Below are positions 63,052 to 64,000 of a stretch of 64,000 nt of DNA, piece by piece. The notes under the pieces are model-generated. The model saw only the letters and a list, made by a program, of their open reading frames with translations, did not search any database and had not been told where the DNA came from. Every line of letters starts with the position of its first letter. The stretch's first letter is position 1. Origin of the DNA: Vulcanimicrobiota bacterium (GTDB lineage: Bacteria; Vulcanimicrobiota; Vulcanimicrobiia; Vulcanimicrobiales; Vulcanimicrobiaceae). A program made the position numbers and the translations under genes. Location: positions 32,001 to 96,000 of the forward strand of contig CAWAXX010000012.1 in the NCBI GenBank assembly GCA_963786105.1, read 5' to 3'.

Positions 63052-64000
63052 TTACAGTGCTTTTACTGCGGCGGTCAGCGAGTCGACCGAGGCTTTGGCG
63101 TCGCCGAACAGCATCGACGTGTTCGGCATTTCGTACAGCGGATTCTCGATGCCGGCGAAACCGGAACGCATCGAACGCTTGAGAACGACGACGTTGGCGG
63201 CCTTGTCGACGTCGAGGATCGGCATTCCGTAAATGGGTGAACTCGGAACGTTGCGCGCCGCCGGGTTCGTCACATCGTTGGCGCCGATGATCAATGCAAC
63301 GTCGGTCGTGGGGAATTCGGGATTCACGTCGTCCATATCCAGTAGTTGATTGTACGGAACGTTCGCCTCGGCGAGTAGCACGTTCATGTGGCCGGGCATG
63401 CGGCCCGCGACCGGATGAATGGCGTAAGCGACTTTGACGCCGCGTTTTTCGAGCTGATCTGCGAGCGCTTTTACGCTGTGCTGGGCCTGAGCGACGGCCA
63501 TGCCGTATCCGGGGACGAATATAACCTTGCCGGCGTAGGCCAGCATGATGGCTACGTCGTCGGCACTCGCGCTGCGGATTTGCTGCGGTCCCCCGCTACC
63601 GGTCGCGACTTCCATCCCACCATGCGCGCCAAACGCTCCGAATAGTACGTTGGTGAGCGGCCGGTTCATCGCGCGCCCCATAAGGATCGTCAGCAGGGTG
63701 CCGCTCGCACCGACCAAGGCGCCGCAGATAATCAGCAGCGTGCTGTTGATTTCGAAGCCGGTTATTGCGACGGCTAAACCGGTGAACGAGTTGAGCAGCG
63801 AGATCACGACGGGCATGTCGGCGCCGCCGATCGGCAAGACGAAGAGGACGCCCAGCACCAGCGCGCCCACCAGCAGCGCGGCGAAAGCCCATGCCGGCAA
63901 CGCTCCGAGCGTTACCACGAACCATGCGGCCAGCCCGAGAATCCCGAGCGCTACCAGCGCGTTGACGACTTGTTGGCCGGGGTACGTTATCGGCCGCCCG
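63052..64000 (-). CDS. pntB: NAD(P) transhydrogenase subunit beta (partial; 5' end outside the window)
   Basis: IGGADMPVVISLLNS, VPGYGMAVAQAQH, HPVAGRMPGHMNVLLAEA and GANDVTNP motifs. Confidence 0.97.
   Translation of the reverse strand, partial: GRPITYPGQQVVNALVALGILGLAAWFVVTLGALPAWAFAALLVGALVLGVLFVLPIGGADMPVVISLLNSFTGLAVAITGFEINSTLLIICGALVGASGTLLTILMGRAMNRPLTNVLFGAFGAHGGMEVATGSGGPQQIRSASADDVAIMLAYAGKVIFVPGYGMAVAQAQHSVKALADQLEKRGVKVAYAIHPVAGRMPGHMNVLLAEANVPYNQLLDMDDVNPEFPTTDVALIIGANDVTNPAARNVPSSPIYGMPILDVDKAANVVVLKRSMRSGFAGIENPLYEMPNTSMLFGDAKASVDSLTAAVKAL

Overview
This 64-kb, high-GC window is mostly housekeeping chromosome. The protein repertoire suggests Vulcanimicrobiota/Ca. Eremiobacterota, but that is an unverified inference. 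In order, it carries: an OMP-like/TPR/GT4 block; recQ; dnaX-ybaB-recR; a membrane protein-DUF4129-DUF4350-MoxR-DUF58 operon with SpoIIM-like and RDD genes; an M48 peptidase; minC-minD-minD-minE-rodA; RNase E/G; ftsE-ftsX-envC-like with two S41 proteases; an acyl-CoA dehydrogenase; a peroxiredoxin; rmuC; a Tat protein-TsdA-YeiH sulfur module; a single-gene lipoyl-E2-E1 2-oxoglutarate dehydrogenase; CMD, CGNR, LOG, SUI1, P450 and GNAT genes; an Lrp-kdd-kamA lysine catabolism unit; a peptide ABC-binding protein; an RND permease; and a partial pntB. I saw no tRNA, rRNA, CRISPR array, transposase or integrase. Many conserved genes carry frameshifts in patches, most likely uncorrected long-read errors. 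The best non-coding signals are a ~180-nt rod-shaped candidate ncRNA (6S-like, 15923-16100), a nested REP/BIME-like mosaic repeat at two loci, GTAAC-N11-GTTAC operator-like sites at the CGNR gene, 31-32-bp phased Lrp-type sites, a structured rne leader and a DnaA box upstream of minC. All family names come from motif recognition, not from database searches.
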